A stretch of DNA of 64,000 bases from Octopus vulgaris (GCA_951406725.2 OX597833.1:64728001-64792000), one strand, 5' to 3'; positions 12,349 through 27,659 are shown, counted from the stretch's first letter. A program made the numbers and translations. The notes: generated from the letters alone by a model not told the origin.

Positions 12349-13565
12349 ATTTTCTGTTTTCCCTCTTCATGGAATGATATCAATGCGTTTCCATATGAAA
12401 ATTACTGGCTGACGTGAAGTGAAATGAATACCATCAAGAAATAAATAAAAAAAGAAATTGAGGCTCAAAAATTTAGGTCAAATATATGGATCATTGAAAA
12501 CTAATCTTAGCACAGAACTAATCTTTCTGACTCCCTGATCCGTTTTGAATTTATATTGAATACTTGTGCTTTAATGCACATTTGCTGCTAAATGAGAATG
12601 TTATATATTAGTCAGTAGGTCACAACACTGGGCGGTAATTTATTTTATACGTACAGATGATAGCAAGATGTGATATGAGGGACGATTTTGTGGTTAATTT
12701 TGACAGGTCTATCTCCTGGATTTTCTTTTACGCAAAACCAGGAACTTTTCAGCACCCGTTCCTATAACACTTTTTTCTGGCTTACAGGAAACACACCGAA
12801 GCACCACACATTGGTAGCACTCTAAATGTATGTGCTTCGAATTAATGGTGAAGTATGCTGAGGTATGCACTTATGAGGTCATCAAGGGAATTCGCACACA
12901 TTGACGAGTTCACTGTCGACTGCAGGATGTTGCTAACTTCCACCTTGAGCCTTTGGTGCGGTTATTCGATTTTATCATTGTTTGGCAAATGCTGTCTGTC
13001 TTAGGACAATCGTCATTCAAATGCTGTCTGCACAAATCTTAAGCGTTTTCATTCCTCGTTTATTTTAAGAAAAAACTTGAGTATGTCGCAGTTTATTTGG
13101 AAAACTGCAGATATGTATATTAGCTCGTACATAAGTGTGTGTGTATGCATTTATGGCTGTAAGTACGTACCCACGAATGTATGTACGCATGTATAACCAT
13201 TTATATATACGCGAGTGCTTACGGATATACATATAGACATACACATACATACATATATATATATATGTATATATATACATATATATAAATATATATATGT
13301 GTGTGTTTATATATATAAGTATGTGTGTGTGTGTGTGTGCACATAATTATACACGTAAATTTCCATACATATGTCCCTGCCTGTACGTGTATATTTTTGT
13401 TTAAGTATGTCTGCCAGAAATCAATAAAATATCCAATTTCTCTGAAAATATGCTGCATCTCTTCATTATTATACATTCACAGCTAGGTGGCGCACTGTGT
13501 CAATGACTCCAGTTTATTGGCTTCACTTCCTCTCTTTGTCTCTCTCTCTCTCTTCCCCTCTTCAT

Positions 13566-13596
<31 letters not shown>

Positions 13597-13620
13597 CACT
13601 TATATATATATATCTATATA

Positions 13621-13662
<42 letters not shown>

Positions 13663-13774
13663 ATGTATGTATGCACATAGGACGGGCTTTTTATATCATT
13701 TCAAATGGAAACCATCTCATCGTTTCTCTACTGTTTGTGTGTGTGGTTTTATGTATAGACACATATAAACACCC

Positions 13775-13889
<115 letters not shown>

Positions 13890-14399
13890 TACATAGGAAG
13901 AGTGAAAGAAATAGATTCTCTAACACCTCTCACCGAACGTGTAATCACAGCTGTAATAATGCCAGTAGATTCTCGTCTGTTTTTTGTTTTTTTTTTTCCT
14001 TTTTATTACTTAAACACACAATACTCGCAAGACAGGAAAAGGCGTTCTTCTTCGCATGAAACCGAACAAAAGCGAAAGTAGAAAACTACCAAGAAAAGCA
14101 TAAATATCTAAATGCGATCGAATTTCGATTTCCAATATTTTCTTAAATTTCCCAATACAACCTTAATAGCATTGGCCGACATTACGAGAAGGAAAAAAAA
14201 TAAATGAACTTGGTATAGATTACATGTCTTCGAATGAAACTTGACTGTATTCTTGATAGCTTCTGTATTTTAATCTCTAATTCTCTGAAGGCAATACAGC
14301 GATGTACGCCATTGATAAGTCCAGCTAAATGGCTCTCGCTATTTCGTTACTTTCATCTATCCAAGGTTTCGATTCCGACTTCTATCCTTGACTTGTAGC

Positions 14400-14502
14400 A
14401 CTTCACACCAAACCTATTTATTGAATGTTATGTGATCACTTTCTGATGAGTCAAGTCGCACTATGTTGTCTGCAAGTATCAGCCGACCGATCCTACATCC
14501 AT
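14400..14502 (-). pseudogene. Non-LTR reverse transcriptase fragment (YADD region, RTE-like)
   Basis: Minus strand translates GCRIGRLILADNIVRLDSSESD, resembling RI..LLFADDIVLL.SSE.DLQ. Confidence 0.45.
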
Positions 14503-14925
14503 GGATGCAATCCCACCAGATAGAGAGAAGAACCTTTTCCCATAAAGTTCCTTTTGCGGTTGTGGTTGAGCTTTTTTCCCTTTTACCAAGCCACTATTTA
14601 CGACATTTAACATTTCCATAGAAGATCCATTTTTCGTCACCAGTCACAAGTCTATCCAAAAATGGTGAAATGAGTTAGCGAGAATGGAAAGAAGTACAGA
14701 TGTCAACTCGGGATTTGCGATTGCTTTCGGACAATTCACGAGGCACCCATTTTCCAGGTGTAGGAACCATTCCAAATTGTTGAAGATGACGATGAACAGT
14801 TGTATGTTATGAACTAAGCTTTATTGCCAATTCTTGAACTGACAATGCAGGATTTTCTTCAAGTAATGCCACCAGTTTCACGACGGCTTTGCGTTTCAAT
14901 TCACTTCTTAAAAATTATAAAATGG
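14503..14925 (-). pseudogene. Mariner transposase fragment
   Basis: Minus strand: VHRHLQQFG..GKWVPRELS..FLDRLVTGDEKWIFY..LLSIWWDC (WVPHEL motif and first catalytic D). Contains stops and a frameshift. Confidence 0.9.
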
Positions 14926-15104
14926 ACAGTTAACTATATAAACTCGTGCGGAAGTCCCACACCCACGTGGAAAGTTTTCCACATAATACCATTTACCTGA
15001 GGGCAGCAATCTAGACATTCGTAGAGGCTTTTACGGCAATAGGAAGTTATCCATTAATCCTGCAAATCCACAACAAGTCCGACAGCACGCAATCATATAC
15101 CTCT

Positions 15105-15312
15105 CCGACAGAAAAGTTAGCACGCCGGGTGAGATGCTTTGCGGTACTTCGTCTGTCTTTACGTTCTGAGTTCAAATTCCGCCGAAGTCGACTTTGCCTT
15201 TTATCCTTTCGGGTTCGATAAATTAAGTACCATTTGCGTACTGGGTCGATCTAATCGACTCAGCCCGCTCCCCAGAAGTTTCGGGCCTTGTGCCTGGAGT
15301 AAGAAAAGATTC
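15105..15312 (+). mobile_element. SINE monomer of the concatemer-forming family
   Basis: Head remnant, gagttcaaattccgccga, central domain, ggccttgtgcc...aga tail. Confidence 0.8.
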
Positions 15313-15714
15313 CAATGCTTTATAGCATTCGTGTTCTCAATAACTGCTATTATTTCACCTGGTCATAATACGTTCTTCTCCCAAATTTGTTTGTTTGTTT
15401 TTTTCTATATTTTCGGGATTGATAGAAGAACGGCCGGTTCTAAAAAGGAAGTTTTAAATGAGCTCTCAATATATCTAGACCCAAATGTTTGAGAAACCAA
15501 GTGAAGCGAAAAGGCAGAACTTGTTGAACGTTATTCAAAAATGCTTTGCGCTATAACTTCCGGCTGTTTTAATTCTGAATTCAAAACTCACCATTGTCAC
15601 GTCCCCTTATCATTGGTTCGGGCGCAATAAAATTAAGTAATATCTTTTGATAGTGACTGACTTCAAGGACTCTATTCCTCTCAAAAATTAATGTTACTTG
15701 CAGGAATGTGCGAC

Positions 15715-15747
15715 ATTATTATTATTATCATTATTATTATTATTATA

Positions 15748-15826
<79 letters not shown>

Positions 15827-15873
15827 TATTTTTATTATTATTATTATTATCATTATTATTATTATTATTATTA

Positions 15874-15916
<43 letters not shown>

Positions 15917-15960
15917 CATTATTATTATTATTATTATTAATATTATTATTATTATTATTA

Positions 15961-16032
<72 letters not shown>

Positions 16033-16075
16033 GTATTATTACTATCATTATTATTATTACTATTATTATTAATAT
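15715..16075. repeat. (ATT)n microsatellite
   Basis: Direct inspection. Confidence 0.98.
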
Positions 16076-16321
16076 TGCTAATTACTCTGATCGATTTTAA
16101 ATATTTTTATCGCTCTCCAGACACTAACGTAAATACCAATAATATATTGGAATCGGTTTAATCGATTTATGACACTTTCATCCTCAAATTATACCAATGT
16201 GATCAATTAATATTTAATTATTGTAGTCGTCTGAAGTAGAATAGTAGATCACCTACAGGGAAAATCTGAAGATTGCAAGAAGCTATTACAACCTTCAATT
16301 CACTCATATTACACATAAATT

Positions 16322-16437
<116 letters not shown>

Positions 16438-16647
16438 GGTAAGCATCCGTCGAGCGGTTCCCTTACTTTTGCCCCCTACTGTGGTCAGCTAATGAGTGAT
16501 TGGTTGAATCTGGAGAGTGGTGGATGAATGAATTATATACAGGTGTTTAGGTGCTGAATCCCAATTTTTCGGACTTTAAAAGTTTATCCTTCCATCCATC
16601 GAATCTACGACGATGAATCAAGTACCAGGCCGTATAAACTATCCCTC

Positions 16648-16692
<45 letters not shown>

Positions 16693-16804
16693 AGAAAAAC
16701 GCTATGAAAAATCACTCACATATTACATTTACAGATAAACCCCTCTATTTAGATGATATCGAGGCCTCTTTCTTTCTTTTGTTATCTTACCGTTTTTATC
16801 AATG

Positions 16805-16850
<46 letters not shown>

Positions 16851-16942
16851 CATTTTTATTTTTCATTTTATCTAGTTTCAGCTCACATGCTGTGGCCATG
16901 CTGGGGCACCACCATTCAAAAATATTAGCGTTCTCATGCCGG

Positions 16943-17002
<60 letters not shown>

Positions 17003-17003
17003 A

Positions 17004-17052
<49 letters not shown>

Positions 17053-17285
17053 TGAAAATCAGGGTTCAATATGTACCTTTTTGCTATAGAGAAGAGTTAG
17101 AACTTTCCAAAGCCACGCATCTCTCACTATACATAAACATGCACAGAGAATGTTCCCTGACTTTTAGTACATATTTTGCCTATTGGGTTGCGTCTGTTGG
17201 CCACTTAATCGTTTTTTTTTTAAAGATAAAGATAACAGGTTTGAATTTTGAATTTATATACATAAACGTGTGTGTATAAATAATA

Positions 17286-17861
17286 GTGTTTTCTACTCGA
17301 GACACAAGACTCGAAATTTTAGGGGAGAGGGGGCAGTCAATTATATCGACTACAGTGCGCAACTGCTACTTAATTTATCGACCACGAAAGGATGAAAGAC
17401 ATAGTCGACTTCGGCGGAATTTGAACTCAGAACGTAAAGACAGACGAACTACCTGTTTCTTTACTACACACAAGAGGCTAAACACAGAGGAGACAAACAA
17501 GGACAGGCAAACGGATTAAGTCGATTACCTCGACCCTAGTGTGTAACTGGTACTTATTTAATTGACTCCAAAGGGATGAAAGGCAAAGTCAACCTCGGCG
17601 GAATTTAAACTTAGAACGCAGCGGCAGACGAAATACCTATTTCTTTACTACCCACAAGGGGCTAAACACAGAGAGGACAAACAAGGACAGACATACGGAT
17701 TAAGTCGATTACATCGACACCAGTGCGTAACTAGTACTTAATTTATCGACCCCGAAAGGATGAAAGGCAACGTCAGACTCGGCGAAATTTGAACTCAGAA
17801 CGTAACGGCAGACAAATACCGCTAAGCATTTCGCCCGGCGTGCTGACGATTCTGCCAGCTC
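17286..17861 (-). mobile_element. SINE concatemer, head plus three units, with target-site duplication
   Basis: Flanks aacgtgtgtgtataaataata (17265-17285) and aacgtgtataaataata (17862-17878). Confidence 0.9.
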
Positions 17862-17904
17862 AACGTGTATAAATAATATAAAATATTATATATTGTACAT
17901 TTAA

Positions 17905-17948
<44 letters not shown>

Positions 17949-18059
17949 TGTACCCATATATGTTTGTGTATATACATATATGTGTAAGTATGTATATGTA
18001 TGTATGTATATATACATATATACATATATATATCATTTAAATTATATATATTTTATTTT

Positions 18060-18262
18060 TTTCTTTTACTTGTTTCAGTCATTTGACTGCGGCCATGCTG
18101 GAGTACCGCCTTTAGTCGAGCAAATCGACCCCGGGACTTATTCTTTGTAAGCCCAGTACTTATTCTATCGGTCTCTTTTTGTCGAACTGCTAATTGACGG
18201 GGACGTAAACACACCAGCATCGGTTGTCAAGCAATGCAAGGGGGACAAACACAGACACACAA

Positions 18263-18293
<31 letters not shown>

Positions 18294-18453
18294 CATATAT
18301 ACGACATGCTTCTTTCAGTTTCCGTCTACCAAATCCTCTCACAAGGCATTGGTCGGCCCGGGGCTATAGCAGAAGACACTCGCCCAAGTGGCCACGCAGT
18401 GGGACTGAACCCGGAACCATGTGGTTGGTTAGCAAGCTACTTACCACACAGCC
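18060..18453 (-). mobile_element. SINE with internal microsatellite (family of 7281-7680)
   Basis: Reverse-complement match along its length. Confidence 0.9.
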
Positions 18454-19139
18454 ATATATATATATATACCTACATACATACACTATTCTGTTTCAATAAT
18501 TTACCAAGCTACGGCATGGTAGTTTCTAAAGCAAAACGTTACTAATATTAAATTTAAAAATTCCATTTTAATGTAATATCAATCAATGTCATTAATCGAT
18601 TTTGTCATATTTGATTGCGAATAAAAGAATCACCAGTCATACATTCCGGTCCGTCATCTAATCGTTTTTCATCAACGTGCGATATTCTTTTCAAGACTGA
18701 AATTATCATTAGTGATAAACCAACATTTGCTGCTTTAATGTTTCATCGATGAGAGCCTTATTAATCGATTTTGCCACGTTCGATAATGAATGCAAAAGGC
18801 AGTCCCATGTGCGCCATTTTCCATTTAATCGAGGAACAAAAACAAAGGAAACAAAAAAGAAAAGCAAAAATACAGACATTTTGACTGTAATTTAAATGAA
18901 ATATAAATGATTCAATGTTAATTAAATATCGATATATCGATATGATAAAAGAAAAGTCATTTATTTAATGACAAAATCTAACACATCTAAGGTGTTAGTT
19001 TAGACGCGAGGGAGATTCTAAGTGGTCACAGCTTTTGCTAGAAGTAGCAGCAGTTATGAGTCGAGATGAATCTCTGAAATCACTGACTGTCATATATCTG
19101 TATAGCAGATATCGGCTAATATAATCCTGGACAAACAAA

Positions 19140-20514
19140 ATGTGGACTACTGAAGGACGATGGTCACAGGGACCAGACACTGGAGGGGGCAGCAGTCACC
19201 ACAGCACTAAGTCAACGGCCCTAGCTATTTTCTATCATATTGATGACATGTGGCTTGGGTGAACCTCTCAAGTTTTGTGCGAACCACAAAACCAGCATGG
19301 CAGAGAACATCCTACAAAGGACTCAAAGATAAACCCCAGCGGGAATTGCCACGTTCAATAAAACCATTTACAGTGAGGCATTACTTGACCTGAGCACACG
19401 ACTGCAAGCTATGGGAGGTCAAAGCATTGCCACATTTAGTCAGCCTCAAGCGGAGCAGGGAGCAAATAATCTCGTAATTGAGGACCTGTGAGAAATCATC
19501 TATGATATTGAGGAAATGACAGCGTATATAGCGGATAACGAACGAACTGATGGAGGACCAACTGGGTATTTATAAGACCATTACTTCAAGCATTGAAAGT
19601 GAAACACGAGATTTTTTTCATTCTGGATATTCCAGATGGAACTGGCAAATCATTTGTCCCTCTTCTGACTAAACTTCGCCAAGTGAAGCACATTGACATA
19701 GCAGTGGCGTCAAGTGCAATAGCTGCAACTCAGCTCATTCCTGTTTCAAACTCTCTTTCGACCTGTCCAAGGAAGAGAAGGCACACTGCAATATCAGTCG
19801 TGGTTCTGTAAAAGGCAAACATCTGTGTGAATGCAGGTTCATCATTTGAGATGAGACGTCACTGACCCACAAGGTTTCTGTTGAAGCAGCTCTTGACATG
19901 GCCCTTAAGGAGCTGCGACCCAACACTAGGTTCATGGTCTTGCTTGCAGTAGACTTTAAAAAACCCTTCCCTAGTTCAAAAGGCGACAAAAGATGGTAAG
20001 GTAAATGCCATCATAAAGTCGTCCTACCTATGGAACAGTGTGCAAATGCTGAGACGGCAACATAGTGGTAATAGCACTTCGGTTGGCGACAGTTATGGTG
20101 GGGTAAGCATGCCTTTTGGACATATAGGATCTGATTTAAAGGAACTAATGATTAAGGTGTTTCCAAACCTGAGGTATCAGTTTACAGACCACAACTAGCT
20201 GAAAACCCGTGCCATTATAGCTCTAAAGAATCAGACGGTTGATGATTTGAATATCAAACTTCTGGAACAGTTTCCAGGTGAGCGTTACATCTACAATTCC
20301 ATTGACACTGTACTCAACATCGATGGAGCTGTGAATTATCCATTTGTAGTCTTGAATAATCTAACACCACCCGGCCTCCCACCTCACAACTTCCACCTCA
20401 AGATTGAAGCACCAGTTATGCTGCTTCGAAACCTCGATCCCCCAAAGCTTTGCAATGGCACACGACTTATAATAAAGATGATGCCAACAGTCTTGGAAAC
20501 GACAATTTTGACTA
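19140..20514 (+). pseudogene. Decayed Helitron RepHel, Pif1-family helicase region
   Basis: FFILDIPDGTGKSF (Walker A), IAVASSAIAAT (motif Ia), II*DE (motif II), TPPGLPPHNFHLKIEAPVMLLRNLDPPKLCNGTRL. Intronless, with many stops and frameshifts. Confidence 0.9.
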
Positions 20515-21590
20515 CTTCTTCCTTTTCTTCACTTCCATCCCCTTCTACTCCTTCTCTCTTCATCTTAGTGTTGCTCTTCTTACCGTTGTTCTATTTTTGG
20601 TTTATTTTTCCTGCGGTTGCTTATAGATCAGTCAACTCTACTCAACTGACATAACTTCAAAAGCGTTCCACCCATAGCCATCACAGCCGTTCTTCTCGAC
20701 TATCTTCAGAATGCGATTATACAATATCATGGCGGAAATTGAAAAATACTAAAAGATTTGGCTGCAAGTTCTGCCTTTGGTAGAAACTTTCAATATACCA
20801 GTGATAGTTTTACTATTTTTCCAACCCTACCAGTTCTATCACACCAGTATTAGAGAAAACATTATCCAGTGTGTCCTCCCACTTTCTAACACGGTAACGT
20901 ATCATTTGAGAGACACTTCTAGTAGATCCAGTATTCCCATACAAAAACTCTCATTGCGTCGAATCTTATTATATGTTTAGAATTACTGTCGGGAAAATTG
21001 AATTTTACAAATTTAATATATGAATTCTTAAGATTTATGAATCCTTATATATTTCAACATTAGCGCCCTGGTTAAGCTATCGTCGATCTGCGATGCATTG
21101 AAATTAATTTTGTCTTTATATAGTCTCTCTTCAGTTAAAATATTCCTTGCGTGTGTGTGCTTCAGCGGATTGGTAATTAGGTTGTGCTAGGTACTTGTTT
21201 CGGAGATTTTATTGATTAAATTTGAGATTATGTAATTGTTTAAAATTTATTCATGCATATAGAACTTTACAAGCTTGAATAGATTCTAAAGAGTGAGATA
21301 AACCCAAATTTAAACATTATTAATTTCTCCAGAGCACATCTCCATCACCACGCACCACACAAACTAATTACCACTCCATTGAAGCCAAGGAAGGTTATAA
21401 CTTAACATAATTGAATTCAAGGCATCGCAGTCCGATGGTAGGTTAGTTGGTCGACACTTCGAAGTTACTGTCAATAAATTTCCTGTATAATAACGATACA
21501 GCAACCCAGGAGATTAATGTATAATCGTTATTTTTTAGAACAGACGTAGAAAGAAATAATTACATCTATCTATCTATCTATCTATCTCTA

Positions 21591-21710
<120 letters not shown>

Positions 21711-21763
21711 TTAAAATTACTAAGTCTCTTTAAAAGAGATTACGACAGCGTTTCTGGAAATTA

Positions 21764-21931
21764 ATAGTTATCGCCATATTAATATGGCAGTCTTAAAAAT
21801 AAGAATAAAGCTGTCGCTTATTAGGTCCATGAAGCCATCGCCTCGAGTAGCTAGCTTGAGGCGATGGCTTCATGGAGCTAATCAGCGACAGCTTTATTCT
21901 TATTTTTAAGAATGCCATATTAGTATGGCGA

Positions 21932-21938
<7 letters not shown>
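21764..21938. repeat. 175-bp near-perfect palindrome with nested 16-bp palindromes
   Basis: atagttatcgccatattaatatggc...gcctcgag-tagcta-g-cttgaggc...gccatattagtatggcgataactat, about five mismatches. Lies between (TA)n tracts. Confidence 0.95.
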
Positions 21939-22028
<90 letters not shown>

Positions 22029-22196
22029 ATAGGGAGAATTTACAAAAAAATGACGAAGGCAGTTGGTGTAGACAACAAACAGATGTATTAGTATAACGCT
22101 CGGGAAGTGAAAAAGTCTTTAACGTTTCGAGCCTACGCTCTTCCACAGAAGGGAACACAGAAAGAAACAAGGAGAGAAAAGCATGTGTAGTGGCTA
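22029..22196 (-). mobile_element. Sister element of 4562-4775 with a variant hammerhead motif (22117-22152)
   Basis: Minus strand: cctt-CTGTGGA-a-gagc(gta)ggctc-GAAAC-GTT-aaag. Shares the acgctc.ggaa...tttaacgtttcgagc architecture. Core is non-canonical. Confidence 0.6.
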
Positions 22197-22920
22197 CCGG
22201 ACGAACTTCTTCCAGTTCCCGTCTACCGGAAATTATTTCCATGACTTTCGTTATCCCAGGCTTGAGAAGAAAATCCTTGCTCAAGGTGCCGCTCAGTGGG
22301 ACTGATCCCAACTCCACTTTATTGGAAAGTATGCTGCTTCAGCACAAAACCCTGCATTTGCCTTTAAAAATAAAAATAAATCATGCATGCACCTGTTCAT
22401 TTAAATGTACGAATCGATTATTTCCTTTAAAATATAAGCAGTGTTTGATTTGGGAGATTATCTGGCTGCTAGTGGAGAAAGTTGAATGAGTATACATCTG
22501 TTTCAGATCTATATCATTTGGAATGGTAGCGAATAAATGGCTAACCATTTTAGAAAAATAAAGTTTATAAATGAAAAAAAAAAAAGAAAAACAAAAAAAA
22601 GAGAGGAAAGTAGATTCAATGGATTTGTTTAAAAGTTCAATAATTGTAAAGCCGCATCTGCAATGGAGATCAATCGATACGTTGTTAGAATATTTAATAT
22701 TATAACACCTAAATGAATTATCAATATGAAGAAGATAATTATTATTATTATTTTTTTTGGTTTTCTTTAGCCTATTCAAATTTATGGAATATGTTCCGAA
22801 AAAAAAAATTATTTCCGAATATATAAATATGTAAACATATATATATTTGCATACATTCATACGAACATACATACATATGTACGCAAACACTTATATATAT
22901 TTATGCGTGCAAGTATAAAG

Positions 22921-22970
<50 letters not shown>

Positions 22971-23012
22971 TATAATATATGATATATGATATATTTGCAT
23001 ACATTCATACGT

Positions 23013-23047
<35 letters not shown>

Positions 23048-23072
23048 CACACAGACACACACAGACACACAG

Positions 23073-23115
<43 letters not shown>

Positions 23116-23190
23116 CGCACACACACACCGACACACACACACCGACACACACACTCACACGTATATGTATTTATGCGTGCATGCATAAAC

Positions 23191-23249
<59 letters not shown>

Positions 23250-23289
23250 GTATATATATATATATATATATATATACAGACATGTATTA

Positions 23290-23332
<43 letters not shown>

Positions 23333-23341
23333 CATGTATTA

Positions 23342-23386
<45 letters not shown>

Positions 23387-24149
23387 TCATATTCTGCTGT
23401 CGATAATTCCGTAACAGCTACCAGATCGTACAATAATTGATTTCATGAAATAATTTTGTTCAAACGTATTCCTATGAAAGAAAAGAAAAAAACCCTATTA
23501 AAACATTATTTAAAAACCCTTTTGGAGCACAACTAAGCTTTCACTGTTATAGTTTTCATTTGTAGTACATCTCTCGATCTTTCTCTCGCATTTCAGACAT
23601 CAATTATTTATTAACAATGGGCGTTATAGGGTTAACTAATTCTTGGACGACATCTGCAACGATAAGCAGTTAGTAAGTAGGTGTCGGAATATTTAATGCC
23701 GAAAAGCATTAAATGGTGAACGAGAGAAGAATATAGAATGGTAACGAAAAATATAATCAATATTGTTCTTTGACAACATTTTGTCTCGTATGTATTATTA
23801 ATACTGGCGTATGTCGTTATATGCTTCTGATGTAAACATGTAAATTATAAATATACGATTCGTTTTACTAAGCGCAAATTTTCATAATGGAATATTATGA
23901 AACTTAACAGTATTTTGTTGTTTTTTTTTTACTAAAGCAGTCATAACGAGGTGGTTGATATTTTTTCGCTTAGAATCGAAGCTGGAATTTGAGTTCGATA
24001 CCAACGTGGGGTACATAAGGTGCATATCTACCTATTTAGGCGTTTGTTATCATTTCGTTCTAGTCTAATCGAAGTCTGGTCAGTGATAGATTCGGGTGGA
24101 ATTGGCGGGGACGATATGGGAAAGAGGGAGTTGCATATGTTCTTTTGCT

Positions 24150-24377
24150 CTTTTACATGTTTTCAATCATTTGACTGCGGCCATGCTGGAGTACCGTCTT
24201 TTAGTTGAACGAACTAATCGATCCCAGGACTTATTCACTGTAAGCCTAGTACTTATTCTGTTGGTGTATTTTATCGAACCGTTAAGTTACGTGAACGTAA
24301 ACACACCAGCATCGGTCGTCAAGCGATGGTGTCGGAACAAACAAACACACACAAATGCACGCACACTCACACACACA

Positions 24378-24426
<49 letters not shown>

Positions 24427-24572
24427 GATGGGTTTCTTTCAACTTCCGTCTAACAAATCTACTCGTTCCGAGGCTATAGTAAAAGACACTTGTCCAAAGT
24501 GCAACACGGAGTAGGACTGAACCCAGAACCATGTGGTTGGGAAGAGAGCTTCTTACCACCCAGCCACTCCTG
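24150..24572 (-). mobile_element. SINE with internal microsatellite (family of 7281-7680), diverged
   Basis: catttgactgcggccatgctgga...cagccactcctg. Confidence 0.85.
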
Positions 24573-24880
24573 TGACTGGTGCCCGCAATCTATTCAACTG
24601 AAAATTTGTACCACCCGGGTGCTAATGTGCTCTCTCTCTCTCTCTCTCACTCATTCTTTCTCTCTCTCTTTCTCACAATCTCTCTCACTCCTCATTCACA
24701 TACACACACACTCTTTCTCTCTCACACAATTCTCTCTCACTTACTCTCACTCTTTCTCTCATTATATTTCTGTCTTTCTCTCAATTTCTCATTCATCATC
24801 TAAACCTTTTCTCTCTCTCTTTCTACCAATCTTTCTCTCTTTTTCTCTCAGTCTCTCTTACCATCATTCATTCTCTGTCT

Positions 24881-24962
24881 CACAAAATTCTCTCTCTCTC
24901 ACGAAATTCTCTCTCTCTCTCACAAAATTCTCTCTCTCTCTCACAAAATTCTCTCTCTCTCT
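24881..24962. repeat. Four-copy ~21-bp tandem repeat cac(a/g)aaatt(ct)n
   Basis: Direct inspection, inside a CT-rich tract. Confidence 0.85.
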
Positions 24963-25213
24963 ATCCCTCCACCCGGCACATACTTGATGTACTGCTAGGT
25001 CAACCATTGGGAAAGTCGAGATTAATTTATCTAGAAGAAAAATTAGCCAAATCCCTTATACAAAACCCTATTCGGTCATGAATGACGATCAGCACTGTTA
25101 CAGGTTTCTCGAGGAGGATCAATTCGTCTAGGCCCTGACAGTTCGTGCCAGTAGGCGCTCTTGATGGTCTCCCACGATGAGGTTTTAACTTAATGCTATT
25201 TTCTTTTCTTTAA

Positions 25214-25782
25214 GGCGGCGGGCTGGCAGAAACGTTAGCAAGTTTAACGGTATTTCGTCTGCCGTCACGTTCTGGGTTCAAATTCTGCCGAGGTTGACTT
25301 AGCCTTTCATCGATTAAATAAGTACCAGTTGCGCACTGGGGTCGATATAATCGACTTAATACGTTTGTCTATCCTTGTTTGTCCCCTCTGTGTTTAGCCC
25401 TTTGTGGGCAGTAAAGAAGTAGCTATTTCGTCTGCCGTTACGTTCTGAGTTCAAATTCTGCCGAGGTCGACTTTGCCTTTCATCCTTTCGGGGTCGATTA
25501 AATAAGTACCAGTTACGCACTGTGGTCGATATAACCGACTTAATCCCTTTGCTTGTCCTCTCTGTGTTTAGCCCCTTGCTGGTAGTAAATAAATAGGTAT
25601 TTCGTCTGCCGTTATGTTCTGAGTTCAAATTCTGCCGAGATCAACTTCGCCTTTTATTCTTTCGGGGTCGATTAAATAAGTACCAGTTACGCACTGGGGT
25701 CGATATAATCGAGTTAATCCGTTTGTCTGTCCTTGTTTGTCCCCCTCTGTGTTTAGCCCCTTGTGGGTAGTAAAGAAATAGG
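25214..25782 (+). mobile_element. SINE concatemer, head plus three units, with target-site duplication
   Basis: Flanks tattttcttttctttaa (25197-25213) and tgttttcctttctttaa (25783-25799). Confidence 0.9.
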
Positions 25783-26811
25783 TGTTTTCCTTTCTTTAAT
25801 CTTTCAACTTCATGTATATGTGAACATTGCATATGTCAAGAGCATCATTTCCATTTATTCTTCAGCAATCAGTGTGTGCCGCACAGACTGCAACACTCCT
25901 TTGCCAAGAACTTTACGAGGCTACATTGCTTCTACCTCGAGCCAATAATTTGTCTGCAGTGTAGAAGAACAGGAAGATGAGTTACTATAAAGGGAAACTA
26001 AATCTACGAGCATGCGAATATTTGAACGACCTTTGTCAGTTAATAAAAATGTTATACTGCGTTTTCATTACCTTCAGTTGAAGCATTTAATCAACAGAAA
26101 CCACAAAATTCAAATTACGAAAATGTTCAGTCTGGCCGTGTTCTATATTTTAGTTTTTATTCCAACCAATGAAAGCAGAATGAAACACGTCTACCAGACA
26201 GGAGACGGCACATCTTCACATCATTTCAAACAAATTCTACATTTCCAACGAAAATTTTATCTTCATTTTCAAGCTCTTAAAGCCATGAGAGACACCCCTA
26301 TAGAATTTACCATTTCCAGTAATTCATAACGTGTAAAACAACTGTTGGTCGAGTTTTAATGATGTTGATAATCTAACGTTGGTTTCTTCCTTTGACAAGA
26401 CCTAGTCAATCTTATGATAGTTATTACTAATGTGTTATCCATACAATTGTAAACTTCGTGTTCATGCCACGCAGAAGAGGCGTGACACAGTTTCGGCTAC
26501 AAATTTTCCCAATGAACATCAGAGAATGCATTAAATTGCTAACGTTTGATATATGTCACCTCTGCTCTTCTCTCCTATAGATCAATATTTCCAGCAGTCT
26601 CCCAAATGGGAATTATCTCCACAAACTACGCACTCATACATATAAACAGACACATAGAAATATATGCGTACACCTATATATACTTTGATACAACACACAT
26701 ATTTATACATACATTTACATATATTTATACATACATGCACATATATATGCCCATAAAAATGTAGACATTCATAATGGCCATAGGAAAATAGACACACACA
26801 CACACACATAC

Positions 26812-26877
<66 letters not shown>

Positions 26878-27257
26878 CAATATTAAGGAATGGCCTTCAC
26901 AGGCCATTCGACCCACTAGAGAGAGCAGCTAAACTCAAACCGCTAAATAGTTGTAATTCAGAAACCAAAGGAAAATAAAAACATTTACCCTTATCATCTT
27001 TGGACTATGCATAGTTTCGACATACATATTGGCATACCGATTTAATTCAATTAAATTAAATCTATTTGCCACTGGCCTGTGTCGTCAGCAAAGAAGCCAG
27101 GGAAATATATATCCACGAGACGACAGCATCGACGCCTCGAGAATATATATCCTAAATTTTCAAAATCTACCGTCACCGCGCCAACTTATCAGCAGCAAAT
27201 ATAAACTGCTGATTTAATTTCAGAATTAGCCAAAAAATCATTAATTAATCAATATCA

Positions 27258-27333
<76 letters not shown>

Positions 27334-27573
27334 GCATTGGGCTTTGTAAATTCCACAGAAAATGGCATATGAGATTCTTATTTCATCAAATACGCCCCTG
27401 GCTTTATAAACTGAATAGAGACAAGACATATAACACGTAGAGCGGCCCCGATTAGATGACTGGTAGTTCATTTCGTCGATTTCTAAGAAAGAGGACAAAC
27501 TACAAATTTCATCTGATCAGTGCTTGCACTCTGAGCATAAATTGCCGGAACCGATAAGAACTCATTTGGTAAT

Positions 27574-27591
27574 GTAGTAGTAGTAGAAATA

Positions 27592-27656
<65 letters not shown>

Positions 27657-27659
27657 TTT

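Noticed and set aside
14443-14449. CTGATGA as a hammerhead core
   Set aside because: No downstream GAAA or stems; it is the antisense of an RT fragment.
19140-20514. Host PIF1 helicase gene
   Set aside because: Intronless, full of stops and frameshifts, with Helitron-type upstream motifs.
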